A program made the position numbers and the translations under genes. The notes beneath the pieces were generated by a model. It had not been told where the DNA came from. It worked only from the letters and a program-made list of their open reading frames with translations, and ran no database searches. From positions 62,001 through 126,000 of IMG/VR virus record IMGVR_UViG_3300042305_001773: a stretch of 64,000 nucleotides of DNA; one strand, written 5' to 3'. Position 1 is the stretch's first letter, and each line of letters opens with the position of its first letter. Shown here piece by piece: positions 38,129 through 48,700 of the stretch.

Positions 38129-38152
38129 ACACGACTCCGTTCAACTAAAGAC

Positions 38153-38701
38153 CTACAGCCTTGCCGGCGCTAGCGCCGCTTTCGCTACCGCAACCGGCAT
38201 GACGACCGGCGGCACGCGTGACCGGCCGAGAAGCTTCAAAACCCGCATCACATTCTGCGAATCAGGTTCGATATTCTTCTTAGCGTCTTTGACCATCTTA
38301 TCGACCAGCTCAAGAAACGTCGTGCGTTCTTTCACAGACGCAAAATTGAACCGCACCGAAAACTGAGTTACCGTCTTACCGGCGTGCTCGTCTGCAACGT
38401 CGCACCTGTCCCACGCCGACTTATCGTCGCCGCGCGTGTAGACACAGGCAATCCGCCCTAGAAAGTCATAGACCACAATAACAGCCGATTTATCAATATC
38501 CCCAACTAACGAGAAAGCGTGCGGAAATTGCGTTGCCGGAATAAACGGCAACTTTTCCACGACCTGCTCGGTAAGTTCGAGACGCTGTAGCTGCAGCGGA
38601 AATGTGCGGTGACCGCGTTCATTATCCTTGATGTAGAACTCGGCCTCCAGCGCACCGACGCCGGGCTCAATCACAACGGGAACGTTACGTACAGAAAACA
38701 T
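38153..38701 (-). CDS. Hypothetical protein
   Basis: AGGAGG RBS. Confidence 0.7.
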   Translation of the reverse strand: MFSVRNVPVVIEPGVGALEAEFYIKDNERGHRTFPLQLQRLELTEQVVEKLPFIPATQFPHAFSLVGDIDKSAVIVVYDFLGRIACVYTRGDDKSAWDRCDVADEHAGKTVTQFSVRFNFASVKERTTFLELVDKMVKDAKKNIEPDSQNVMRVLKLLGRSRVPPVVMPVAVAKAALAPARL

Positions 38702-38709
38702 AAAACCTC

Positions 38710-39597
38710 CTAACGCGTCATATCGGACCGGCGACGCGGCGAGGCTTCTTGCTCTTCCGTATCGTCATCAACCTCTTCGCGCTTGTCTAGTTCTTCCCGA
38801 ACCTTAGCGCACATCGCGCGGTGATCCGCCACGATGTCAGACATCTTTTCAAAGTTTTCGATGATCTCAGTAAAGTAACCTTGAACAGTTGCATCGAACT
38901 TTGACGGTGCAGCATTTACGATGTCGTCGTAAATGTTGTCACGCTTCTCGCTCAACCAGAGCGAATCAGAACGAGAAATCCAGCGCCGCTGATGCTGCAG
39001 CAAATCGTGCAGCTGCTGCTTGAGCCCCTTCGGCGACTGATGCGTGCGGCCGCTTGTCTTCTGCTTGCCGCGCATTTCCTGCAGCTCCGTCGCTAGCGTG
39101 CGGGCAGTGAACGCCTCTTCGGCGCACTTTTCCTCGATAGCGGCTCGCTGTGTATCGTCAGGAATCTGCGTGAGAAGCTGAACGTGCGATGTCGTCAACC
39201 GCCAGCGCGGGCGATCGGGGCATCGCAAGCTGAGCAGCCGAATAACTTCAGCTTCGCTCGGATACTTCTCGAAGAAGTTTACGGCACCGCGCATCTGCTC
39301 AACGGTATACACGGGCGCAAAGATCGCCATGAGCAATGAAGCTCCGTCGATGTGTTGCGTCCGCTGCTCCGGCGTCAGATAGCGTTCTGGATCTCCCTTT
39401 ACCTCCGAAATAAGCTTCCCGATCCGCCAGTACGCGCGCAGGCTAGCTTCCTGCGCGTCACTGAACAGACCGTCGATTTCGGAAACGACGTCCTGCAACT
39501 CAGGCGTCAAATTCTCCGTTGCTACTAAGAGCGGCGAATTACGAGACTCGACCATGTCAGCCTGAATCATCGCCGCCGCCTTAGACTTCCTACCCAT
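38710..39597 (-). CDS. DUF1016/YhcG N-terminal-like DNA-binding protein
   Basis: YWRIGKLI, FFEKYP, LTTSHVQLL, R...FTARTL resemble the DUF1016_N pattern. Confidence 0.55.
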   Translation of the reverse strand: MGRKSKAAAMIQADMVESRNSPLLVATENLTPELQDVVSEIDGLFSDAQEASLRAYWRIGKLISEVKGDPERYLTPEQRTQHIDGASLLMAIFAPVYTVEQMRGAVNFFEKYPSEAEVIRLLSLRCPDRPRWRLTTSHVQLLTQIPDDTQRAAIEEKCAEEAFTARTLATELQEMRGKQKTSGRTHQSPKGLKQQLHDLLQHQRRWISRSDSLWLSEKRDNIYDDIVNAAPSKFDATVQGYFTEIIENFEKMSDIVADHRAMCAKVREELDKREEVDDDTEEQEASPRRRSDMTR

Positions 39598-39624
39598 TGA
39601 ATCTCTCCCTATAAGTGAGGTTAA

Positions 39625-40791
39625 TTATTTTCGCTTTCTGCCTTTCGGGGCAGGAAGCAGCAATTCAAGCGCGGTTGTTTGCAGTAGGTCGCGTAGGGTG
39701 TGGTAATGCCCACGCGAGCACCGCAACATAGAACAAAACAAGTCATAGGCTGTCCGCTGCCTAAGTACTTCTTTTGTGTAAACGTCAATAGCGTCGCGCG
39801 GCTCTACGTCCGCGCCCACCATTGCTGTGTTTCGAATAATTTGTTTGGCATCTTCTCGCGTGATTTTGAACTTCATCAGGTACGAAGTCCACTTATCAGT
39901 CGCGGCGTCCATAGTTGTCTTGTCTGGCGAAAACTCCAGCGACAAACCCATGAGCGCTGAGACGCGATTTGCCACGGCATTCATATCAATACTGCGCTCG
40001 GCGACGTTAGACGCCAGTATCGCCGTACGACCGACAAGGTCAGCGCCAGTGTGATTCAGCCGGCCACCTTTACCTGCTGGAGACAGTGCTGCGCCAAATT
40101 TCGTGTACAAGCAGGTAGACGCCCGGATCGCGTTACCGGTGTCTTCGCGATTTGAGAAGTACCAGCCAGCCGCAAAAGTGTGGCGCGGGTCTGTATAGAT
40201 ATCTGTACGTCGTGATTTAGGGTCGATGAAATACAGCCGCAGCTCTCGCCCCAAAAGTTCCGCCCGAAAAAACTCGGCCTGCGGTTGTTTATCGTACAGT
40301 TCGTTGCTGACAGTTTCCATAAACAAGCTGTTATCCAGCATGCGGTGGTCAAGACCCAGAAAACCTTCAACAGACCGCTCGCGGTGGTTCACCAGCAGCG
40401 TGCGCTCGCGCAACGCATCAAACCTAACACGAAGTGTCGTGTTGTAAATACTGACTGCCGCGGCAATGTCGTTTGCGCGGGTGGTCGTACGAACCTGTCT
40501 GACGTTTTCGCCTGACAGCTCGTTAAACAACTGCGACAGCCCGACAGACAAGACCGACGATAGCGCCCGAAAACCAATGGCGTTAAAGCGGTAGCCGTTT
40601 TCTACGATGCTGCCGTCGGGCCCCATAATTAACTGGGACTCCTCAACAACTGGGACTGACTCCGTGCTGGCGGAGCGCATCTCCAGAAATTTTCGGCATT
40701 CCTCTAACTGGCTAGCCGAAAACGAAAACGCCGGCACGGGCGCAAATACGCTGCGCACAGTTGTAGTTGCCGACGACATTCGGGCCTCCAT
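39625..40791 (-). CDS. DUF932-like protein
   Basis: GFLGLDHRMLDNSLFME and GWYFSNREDTGNAIRAS segments resemble DUF932 motifs. Confidence 0.45.
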   Translation of the reverse strand: MEARMSSATTTVRSVFAPVPAFSFSASQLEECRKFLEMRSASTESVPVVEESQLIMGPDGSIVENGYRFNAIGFRALSSVLSVGLSQLFNELSGENVRQVRTTTRANDIAAAVSIYNTTLRVRFDALRERTLLVNHRERSVEGFLGLDHRMLDNSLFMETVSNELYDKQPQAEFFRAELLGRELRLYFIDPKSRRTDIYTDPRHTFAAGWYFSNREDTGNAIRASTCLYTKFGAALSPAGKGGRLNHTGADLVGRTAILASNVAERSIDMNAVANRVSALMGLSLEFSPDKTTMDAATDKWTSYLMKFKITREDAKQIIRNTAMVGADVEPRDAIDVYTKEVLRQRTAYDLFCSMLRCSRGHYHTLRDLLQTTALELLLPAPKGRKRK

Positions 40792-40797
40792 GCCACA

Positions 40798-41361
40798 CTA
40801 GTCGTAATACCAGTCTGAGCCGATCGCGTTAAAGAGCGTGGTGGTGTGCTCAACTATAAAGATATTCTTGACAGTTGGCGGAAAACTGCAGATCCACTGA
40901 ACACGAGGAATGCCGGTGTCGTCTGTTATATGGTTGTGGGCGCACAGCATCGTCCGCACCACAGGAAAACACATGATGAACCGGCGCTCTGTGTTTACTT
41001 CCATTTTGTGCAGGTTCTTGGCCACCGCGGCGCACAACCTGTTTTTACCGTCTTTCGGCAGTTTGAACAGATCAGCCATCGTCAATTCGTGGAGCCGCGG
41101 AATGCGCCGGCCGCACAATACGCCGGGAAAGCGGTGAAACTCAGAGTTAAACCAGCTAAAGTTCAGCTTGTCGTGGCCGGTCATGTCACGGCACTCGTTC
41201 GCCATCTTGCCCCAGCCAGATATCTTAATACCGCACTCTTTGAAGACGCGCTTGATAATGCGCTCCTCAAAAGCGAGTTGGCGCTGAAACCGAATGGCCT
41301 CAGCGCCGTCACTGTCTTGATTGAACAGTTCGTTGAAGAACTGGTCGCGCGGGTCGGACAT
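40798..41361 (-). CDS. Hypothetical protein
   Basis: Coupled minus-strand ORF. Confidence 0.7.
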   Translation of the reverse strand: MSDPRDQFFNELFNQDSDGAEAIRFQRQLAFEERIIKRVFKECGIKISGWGKMANECRDMTGHDKLNFSWFNSEFHRFPGVLCGRRIPRLHELTMADLFKLPKDGKNRLCAAVAKNLHKMEVNTERRFIMCFPVVRTMLCAHNHITDDTGIPRVQWICSFPPTVKNIFIVEHTTTLFNAIGSDWYYD

Positions 41362-41363
41362 AG

Positions 41364-41573
41364 TCAGGACGCCGTATTGTTATCAAAGTAACCGGCAATA
41401 GATGACGCCGGCGGCAGCGGCATCCACAGTAGCAACGCTTGTTGGGTCGCCAGCTCGCCACCCGTCACCATGAACTGGTCGTGCGTGATGGGGTCAGCGG
41501 CGAGCACCTTTTCGTCGCGCCCGGGGAGCCTGTCGTTTACGTGAGTCCACCTTCCGAACTTTGGTTCCTTCAT
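41364..41573 (-). CDS. DUF551-like small protein
   Basis: WTHVNDRLP...WMPLP signature. Confidence 0.65.
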   Translation of the reverse strand: MKEPKFGRWTHVNDRLPGRDEKVLAADPITHDQFMVTGGELATQQALLLWMPLPPASSIAGYFDNNTAS

Positions 41574-41835
41574 GAAGCACCTTTTCTACGTCTTTGAGTA
41601 ATCCTTCGGCGTTAATGATTTTGTCGCACGCCGATTCGCCCGCTGGCACGCATTGATGCGTTTCCAGCACGTCTCGCACCACCCAAGCCAGCCAGTCTAC
41701 TTCTTCTCGCGTAAACGAGATCGAGATGCTGACCGGCTTGATCATTTCTTTAGCTGTCTTCTTCTTCGTCTTCTTCGTCATATTTGTCCGCATTGTGTTC
41801 CTCGTCATACTCGTCAACGGCTTCCATAAATTCAT
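41494..41835 (-). CDS. Hypothetical protein
   Basis: True start is probably downstream (MTKKTKK or MIKPV); overlaps both neighbours. Confidence 0.4.
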   Translation of the reverse strand: MNLWKPLTSMTRNTMRTNMTKKTKKKTAKEMIKPVSISISFTREEVDWLAWVVRDVLETHQCVPAGESACDKIINAEGLLKDVEKVLHEGTKVRKVDSRKRQAPRARRKGARR

Positions 41836-42115
41836 TGAAGCTCATGCCCGGCGAGTTAACGCACTCCATAAATTGATAAATAAACCGGCTCTCTCCCGTC
41901 TCTTTGTCGACGCGCTCCGTTAGCCGGTAGTGCATCATGTCGCCGGTTTCGTGGTCGTAACCGCTGATGATGGTATCGGCTTCGGGAATAGGCACGGGCA
42001 ACTTAGATCCGTCTACAGGGCCGCCAAAACACTCGGCAACCTGAAACAGTTCTTTTTGCATGCCCATAAGTTCGTGCTCAAAAGGCGTATCATCGTCGTC
42101 GTTGTCGTCGTCCAT
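41750..42115 (-). CDS. GGPxDG-motif small protein, copy 3
   Basis: ECFGGPVDGSKLPV; TAATG coupling to the upstream gene. Confidence 0.7.
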   Translation of the reverse strand: MDDDNDDDDTPFEHELMGMQKELFQVAECFGGPVDGSKLPVPIPEADTIISGYDHETGDMMHYRLTERVDKETGESRFIYQFMECVNSPGMSFNEFMEAVDEYDEEHNADKYDEEDEEEDS

Positions 42116-42456
42116 TAGTCTCGATCCCAGTTGTACCAGTCCGGCTCCAGATCGGGGTCGTAATTGTTCGCAGGGCATCCGGGGTGGCCGATAATGATAT
42201 TGTCTATTATGGTTTTGCTATCCGTCCCGGCGTAAGCGTAAAACGTTTTCTCGTCCTCAAGACAACCTTTTTCGGCGTTGTATTTTTTCGCAGTCAGCAG
42301 CACGTAATAGTGCGGTTTTCCGTCGGCATCTGGAAACGATATCGTGGCGCTGCCGGACTGACTTACGGCGCCAGTGCTGCACCACGTCCCGTCTCTCGGC
42401 CCGCCGTACACTTCGCACCACAGATAATCAAGATGCGCGCGCGACTTGTCAGCCAT
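42115..42456 (-). CDS. GGPxDG-motif small protein, copy 2
   Basis: EVYGGPRDGTW. Confidence 0.7.
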   Translation of the reverse strand: MADKSRAHLDYLWCEVYGGPRDGTWCSTGAVSQSGSATISFPDADGKPHYYVLLTAKKYNAEKGCLEDEKTFYAYAGTDSKTIIDNIIIGHPGCPANNYDPDLEPDWYNWDRD

Positions 42457-42472
42457 ATACCCTCCGTAAGGT

Positions 42473-42814
42473 TTAAAACTCTTTGTCGGGAAACGTCAAT
42501 TCAATCACCGGATTCGTGTCTCGAATCTCTCCGAGCGTTGCATCCTCTGCGTGCACACCGCGGTACGCGTAAAAATTCCACCACCGGTTAGCGCGCTTTG
42601 GGTCAGCCTGCTGCCACGCTAAGTACCAATGGCACACATCGGCGCCATTCTCGTCTTTCACTTTTTGATAGAAAAAACCCGGTGATTCGTAATAAATATC
42701 GGGATACACATCCTCGATGTTGTCTGGCGCGAAAACGGGCAGATCGCGGCCGTCGAGCGGGCCGCCGACACAGGTCATGAGCGACCCGCAACGCATATCT
42801 TCAGCACGTATCAT
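42473..42814 (-). CDS. GGPxDG-motif small protein, copy 1
   Basis: TCVGGPLDGRDLPV. Confidence 0.7.
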   Translation of the reverse strand: MIRAEDMRCGSLMTCVGGPLDGRDLPVFAPDNIEDVYPDIYYESPGFFYQKVKDENGADVCHWYLAWQQADPKRANRWWNFYAYRGVHAEDATLGEIRDTNPVIELTFPDKEF

Positions 42815-44184
42815 CAGTCAACCTGTCCAAGGGGATCCAGATCCGCTCCGACAACTTCGCCGACCGTGCTTGACGCTGCCATAAGCTCAGGCACGTCGGT
42901 CATCTGATTATTCTTTAACTCTTCCATCACCTGCTCGCGATACTTACGCGCCGGGTCGCAGATGGTGTAGTCGTTCACGCCAAGTAAGCCGTGCAACATG
43001 CCGAGGACTTTAGGGTTGTCTTCAAGCATGATGGACGCCTCAACTTCAGACACGGCGTCTTGCTTGGAAATACCAAGCGCCTTAGAAAATACCAGCGGTG
43101 TTTCAGCGTTCTTGGTGCCGTGCTTGTATTCCAAATCGCAGACCTGCTTGAGCAAGCCCGGCAGCTTGGGGTCCATACCCGGAACCGGCTTACCGTCGCC
43201 CGACTGTAGCTCCATGAGCAACCGAATGGACGCAGTGTGCCAGTCCCAGAAATGGAACTGCTGGTTCTTGTAAGTCTCGTTGCCGTTCTTGTCGACGGCC
43301 GGGACGATCTCGTTGTACCAGAGCAGATTAACAACGATCTTGCGCCCGGGAGCGCCGAGATTGTTCTTAGTCGCTGCAATACGAATCGATGCGCCCTCGT
43401 AGCGTGGCGGGATGTTCTTCTGCGACGCCTTCGACATGTCGAGGATCAACGTCGGGTAGTAATCCAGACTAGCGCCACCGGGAGCGTACTTCTTGGGCGG
43501 GCCAAATCCCATGGAGTTAATTTCCTCCTTGAGATGGTTCGTCGCAACAAGCGCAATCGGGTAATGCCGCAGAGTGGGCACCAGCGCCGTCCGCATGAAG
43601 TCAGACAGGTTGCGGGCGAGATACGGGTGGCCGGCCGCGGCGTGACCCTCGTCGGCTACCTTCTCGACGCGACGATCGACTTCGACAGCCGAGATGGAGT
43701 CGATGCCAATACAGATAGGAATAACTCTGTCCGGCGCGTTGGCTGCGTCGACCTGCTTGTGAATCGCCTGACAGAACTCCATGTAGTGCTTCTGCCACTC
43801 TTCCACGCTCGCCGCCGTCTTGATGCGGGTCCGAGCGATGTACTGCTGGTTGTGGCTGAACAAGCCCGACATCATCGTCGGCGAGCCCTTGTTCTCAGTG
43901 TCGATCATGATGGCTCCGCCGCCATACATGTGAAACCAGCGCATGATCTCGATGAGCAAGGCGGACTTACCCGCGCTGAACTCGCCGCGAAGCTGCGTAA
44001 AGCGCGACAGCGGGAAAATGTTGGCCTGCAGCAGATAACGCGCTGCAAGCGTCGGAAGCGGCAAGCCGATCAGCGGATCTTGATCTTCCGCCGTCGCCTT
44101 GAGCACTTCCGTGATAACCGGATGCTCGCCATTGCGGGCGAACACATCAACCTCGTCGTGATCTTCTTTACGTTTCCTGCCCAT
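42814..44184 (-). CDS. recA: RecA/UvsX-like recombinase
   Basis: Walker A GEFSAGKS, IDTEN, Walker B IGIDSISA, ATNHLKE, APGGASLDYY. Start reassigned to MGRKRKED. Confidence 0.85.
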   Translation of the reverse strand: MGRKRKEDHDEVDVFARNGEHPVITEVLKATAEDQDPLIGLPLPTLAARYLLQANIFPLSRFTQLRGEFSAGKSALLIEIMRWFHMYGGGAIMIDTENKGSPTMMSGLFSHNQQYIARTRIKTAASVEEWQKHYMEFCQAIHKQVDAANAPDRVIPICIGIDSISAVEVDRRVEKVADEGHAAAGHPYLARNLSDFMRTALVPTLRHYPIALVATNHLKEEINSMGFGPPKKYAPGGASLDYYPTLILDMSKASQKNIPPRYEGASIRIAATKNNLGAPGRKIVVNLLWYNEIVPAVDKNGNETYKNQQFHFWDWHTASIRLLMELQSGDGKPVPGMDPKLPGLLKQVCDLEYKHGTKNAETPLVFSKALGISKQDAVSEVEASIMLEDNPKVLGMLHGLLGVNDYTICDPARKYREQVMEELKNNQMTDVPELMAASSTVGEVVGADLDPLGQVD

Positions 44185-44209
44185 AAATTCCCTTCTTGAT
44201 ATAAATACC

Positions 44210-44256
44210 CCGACCCCGGCGCGCACGCACTGAGGAAAACGTGACGCCGGGGTCGG
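44210..44256. other. Intergenic 12-bp perfect stem with 23-nt loop
   Basis: ccgaccccggcg (44210-44221) / cgccggggtcgg (44245-44256), between the SSB-like and recA genes. Confidence 0.7.
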
Positions 44257-44266
44257 AGCGAAATAA

Positions 44267-45637
44267 TTACTTCTGCGATGCGCGAGCACGAGCCCGCGCC
44301 AGAATGTCCGCAGAGTCCCGCTTCGCGGGGCCAGCCTGCGCCATAGACGGCGGAGCTGGCGGCGCGGGCGGAGCCGAGGCAAAGATATCAGCAACGCTGG
44401 CATCTACCTCCGGCGAAACTTCAGCCTCCGGCTGCGGGTCCCACGGAGCCACGGGATCGGGCTGTGGCGCCGGGCGGCGGGCGGGGGCTGCCGCGCGAGG
44501 AGCTGGCGCCGGCGGGGCTTCCAGCTCTTCCACAGGCGTCTCTACGCCCTGAAACGTCGACGTACCCTTCGGCAGCGCCCGGAGGTACTGCGGGAAGTCA
44601 CGCCAAGCGAAATCGAGCGCTTCTCGCGGGAACACAGGAGCCAGCATTTCAGCCTGCTCCTCGTACGACGGCAATCGCAGGAAGTCTTCCCACGTGCCGG
44701 CTTCCGCAACGATGCGATCGGCATACGGCTCCAACGAAATCTCCTGACCGTTAAACGTGTCATGGAGAATGCCGAAGTGCGTGTAATCACTTCGCGAGTG
44801 CGGGTAACCAACGATGTACTGAGCGCCCTGCGGCCCGCGAGCGAACTTGGGGCACTGGAACGTCGTGGGACCCTCGATGCCGGTTGCGATTAGATTGGCG
44901 GCGCCACTCTTGAACGCTTCCGGCAAAATCGTAAACAACTTCGCCGGACCAAGCGACAACATATCGTTGATTAAAAACTCGCCGGTGTTTTCGTCACGAA
45001 CGTTTAACGCCGAGTGCAAAGCTTCAGCCGCGCTGGTCTTCAACCCGATGATGCGCGCATTGCGCTTGTTATCATCTGAAAACGCGCCCAGCTGAATCTT
45101 GCCGTGTTCATCAACGTAAACGGCGGTTGCCGAAATAAACATTGTCTTCTCGGGCTTCTTGAGCGACCCGATGTGCGAGTTACGCACAAACTCCTTCGAC
45201 AGCAGCTCAGCGAATAACCGACCCAGCGTCGGGTGCGGGTTGTCCTTAGAGCTGTCGTAGGCAACCTTGCGCAGAACGTGCAGCGGGCTTTCGTACAGGT
45301 TCACTTCGGGGTTACCGTCGTGAACGATGAAGCAGATGCCCGGGTTACCTACCCAGTGCGCGCAGGTCAGCAACCGGCTCCAGTCACCCATAGCGACGTT
45401 GTCAGGCCCTTCGCGGAAGCTGGCAAACGTTTCACCGTTTTTGCCCTCCTCGTAGATGGGAAGCAGCCGCAGGCAGAGGCCGTTTCCGAGGAGTTCACCG
45501 CCCGCCGCAATCAGAATGTTGTTCTGCTTGCCGTAGGCGTAACGACTCTTGCTGTTAGAGCCGCCAGTACCGATGTTGTTGGCCTTACGGTACTCAGGAT
45601 CAATCGCCGCAAAATTAGCCGCGTTATAGCGTGGCAT
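44267..45637 (-). CDS. Putative single-stranded DNA-binding protein (gp32-like role)
   Basis: Sits between polA and recA; Pro/Ala-rich acidic tail ending DILARARARASQK as in phage SSB-like proteins. Inference. Confidence 0.45.
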   Translation of the reverse strand: MPRYNAANFAAIDPEYRKANNIGTGGSNSKSRYAYGKQNNILIAAGGELLGNGLCLRLLPIYEEGKNGETFASFREGPDNVAMGDWSRLLTCAHWVGNPGICFIVHDGNPEVNLYESPLHVLRKVAYDSSKDNPHPTLGRLFAELLSKEFVRNSHIGSLKKPEKTMFISATAVYVDEHGKIQLGAFSDDNKRNARIIGLKTSAAEALHSALNVRDENTGEFLINDMLSLGPAKLFTILPEAFKSGAANLIATGIEGPTTFQCPKFARGPQGAQYIVGYPHSRSDYTHFGILHDTFNGQEISLEPYADRIVAEAGTWEDFLRLPSYEEQAEMLAPVFPREALDFAWRDFPQYLRALPKGTSTFQGVETPVEELEAPPAPAPRAAAPARRPAPQPDPVAPWDPQPEAEVSPEVDASVADIFASAPPAPPAPPSMAQAGPAKRDSADILARARARASQK

Positions 45638-45681
45638 ACAAACCTTTCTATGTAATTGAGGGCCCTATTGCCCTATGTGGA

Positions 45682-45717
45682 TGTCTGCAACTATAGCAGA
45701 CAAAACCATTCTGTCTA
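45682..45717 (-). promoter_or_regulatory. Extended -10 promoter overlapped by a palindrome
   Basis: Minus strand TAGACA-N16-TATAGT with TG extension; TGTCTGC-N7-GCAGACA inverted repeat spans the -10. Confidence 0.55.
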
Positions 45718-48700
45718 GCCCTTCTCGTCACAAAACCAATCGACTCCCAAACCCCTAGATTTCTCGGGTTTTAGGTTCTCTCCCCAGTGGAAAAACACGT
45801 CACGACTCATACCAAAGTGGTAAGGTTCGGCCACGTCGATTTTGGTGCCGTCGAGCCTGTGCGGCCAGAACGGAACACCGTCAATCATGCACGCCGGAAT
45901 AACTTCTTTGTACAAACGCTCAGCGTGCTCTAACGGCACAATTAACACAATTGCGTCGTGAATCTGCAGCGCGATTTTGTAATCAATATCCGAGTGCTCT
46001 GCGCGGTACTTGTAGAAGTTGTAAAGCGCGATAGACACAGCGTCAGCTACTCCACCTTGAATCGGGAAGTTCTGCGCCTGCCGCTCTTGCTCGCCACGTA
46101 CGGCTCGGTCCTTCGTCGGCATGAACCGGCGAAACCGCCCGTACGGTCCTACCAGCCACCCCGGGTCTTGCGACCGCATACGGCATTCTGCAAGAAACGT
46201 CTTAGTACCGGGATAAGATTGGAAGTAGGCGTCGATCATCGCTTGGCACTGATCGGCTGTAACGTCGTGGCCTTCCTCTTTGCATTGACGCGCAAGAGCT
46301 TCTGAACCGCGGCCGTACGGAATACCGAAATTCACGTTCTTGGCTGCGACACGAAGACCCTTTACGCCAGCGTCCACCATACCTTGTTTTGTAGGCGTGA
46401 CGCCGCTAAGCCGGAATGTCTTAACCGCCTGCTGGCTGTGGATGTCGTAGTGGTCCGGGTGATCCTCTGGCAGAAGATTACGCCGGACGTGCTCAATCAT
46501 ATTTTTATCTTGACTCAACCACGCGAGGACCGCCAATTCCGCACCAGTGAGGTCCGTTTCGATCCCGATGCAACCTTTGGGTACACGAAGGATTGAGCGG
46601 ACGGGATGCTGGTATTTATCTTTTCCGAGGATACGCTTGTAGTCGTCTTCCCGCCGCGAACTAAGGTTTTGTAGCGGCGGACGACTGCTGCTTGCCCGAC
46701 CTGTTTCCTTGGTCTGAAACATGTGAGTACGGACTTTACCATCAGAGTGGACGCACCCGACAAGACCTTTTTCATACGTGTAATTACCGTTCTCATCGAG
46801 TTCGTATTCTCCGTCTTCTGTTTCAGCGGGTTTGCGCAAGACCGACTGCAGCACCTGACTAATGAATTTATAGTCACGGATTTTCGCTGCCGTCGAGTTC
46901 ATGTGACCAAGAATGCCCAGACTCTCCTTGTCCGTACTGGGCGTGGCTGTCTCTGGGTTGATGCCTCGATACGACATTTCATTCCACAGCACAGGACGCT
47001 TACCGGTTGTCTTCACCGGGCGCAGGTCAAGCGTTTGCGCGTCTTCCGGGATTGGCGGTGAGTTCGTGTACCGGTCGGCAAAGTCGCGGCCGAAAAGCGC
47101 TATCGCCAATTGGGGCTGCGACTTTGGATTAAACGCCGGCCACTGCAGCTCCTCGCGGATTTCAGCCAGCAGTCGTTCCTGCGTGTTCATAAACAACGTG
47201 GTCAGCTCATCCGCGCGATTGCGGTCGATTTCAAGGCCAGTCATTTCCATCTCTAGAAACGCCAGCGATGAGTTGTGTGCTGTCCAGTACGGCAGCCAGC
47301 AGTCATGGCCTGTGCTGGACCGAGCGATGAGGCCGTCTTTGCCGTTGGTGCCGTAGAACCGCATCATGATTCGACGCGTGACGTCGACGTCATACGAGGC
47401 GTACGGGTGAAGAATATGCGCAGGGCACTCGCCGTAACCACCAACCTCGCTCGCCTTCAATTTGTTATCAGAGCGGTACTTTTTCTTCCAGTGATCAAGT
47501 GGCTCCCAGTAAGTTGGCGCCGCTGTGAATCTCATGGAGCACTCGTCGAGACCGTACCGCGCGCACTCGTTAACGGCGTGGTACATGAGACTTGTATCCC
47601 AACCGCCGTGCGTGCGGTCGTCGGGATCTTCGGCGGGAGCGTACTCCGGGCGTACATCCACGCCAAAATCAAAAAGCCATGGCAAGTCAGCACGGAAAAA
47701 GTGCCCACCCACACGGACGTTTCTTTCGGGCGTGCTTTTGAGCAGCCGCGTGAGCTGCCGGCGAGCTGCGTCCAGATTTGGCTGAAACGCTTCTGCGCCA
47801 CCCTGATGCCGCAGAACAATCGTGCGCGCCCACTTGTCTTTATTTGATATCTGAACCGTCCGCAGATACGCGCCTTCTTCCGTCGGATACTCGCCGTGCC
47901 ACTCACAGTCGATCGCGATGATGTTGGCGTTCGGGTCAGGATCGCTAACCATTTCGTCCACAATTTCCGCCAACGCTGCTTCGGTGTACACGTCGGCATG
48001 ATCAACGGCTTCCTCGTCTAAGATCTCATCGTGAATTAGGGCTTTAAATCGACGGATCTGTCCGACGAAATCTTCAGTCACTTCTGGCTTGCGCACCACA
48101 AATGCCGGGTGCATCACCGACAGCGCTTTCATCGTCCGGGGATTGCCGTCTGTGTCTACGGACGAGACGTCGAGGATGCGGCCGGCGAGGCCGGTGATGG
48201 CGCCCGTCGTACGCATGACTGCTTTTGTCGCCTCGTTGCCGAGGCACAGAATAAACTCCGGCTGGACGATGCGAATTTCTTGCTCCAGCAGAATTGCGCA
48301 GTTTTTGATCCACGCGGCCGGGACAGCCGTAATTTCCATCGGCGGCGCAAACTTGCACGCAAACGTAACGTACCAGTCCTCGTACGCTTCGGGACTGATG
48401 CCGCACTCCTCAAAGATATCAGCCATCATGTTCATGGCTGGACCGGCAGTCGCGTTCAAGCTCTCCATCTCGTAATAGCCGGGGAGCTTGCCGACGATCA
48501 TCACCTTGGCTTTGCGCCACGGCCCGTACATCTCTACCGCCGCGCCCCGTTTCCCCCAGCGATGCCCGGGAAGAAACGGTACGGGAATAAGGTCTTTAGA
48601 GGACTTGTGCGAAATCGGCAGATGGAAGTCTGGCCGATACAGCGCGTTGCGGTAGAGATTCGTCAGGTGCGTACCTACAGGCACGGCCTTCTTTTTCTTG

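Noticed and set aside
44200-44207. TATAAATA (T4 late promoter consensus)
   Set aside because: On the plus strand, antisense to all genes; single occurrence; better explained as the AT tail after the 44210-44256 stem.
42814-44403. N-terminal extensions given by the ORF track for recA (and for 25002, 34863, 36371, 51637, 52358 ORFs)
   Set aside because: They run into upstream genes or hairpins; internal ATGs with RBS or coupling give a cleaner tiling.
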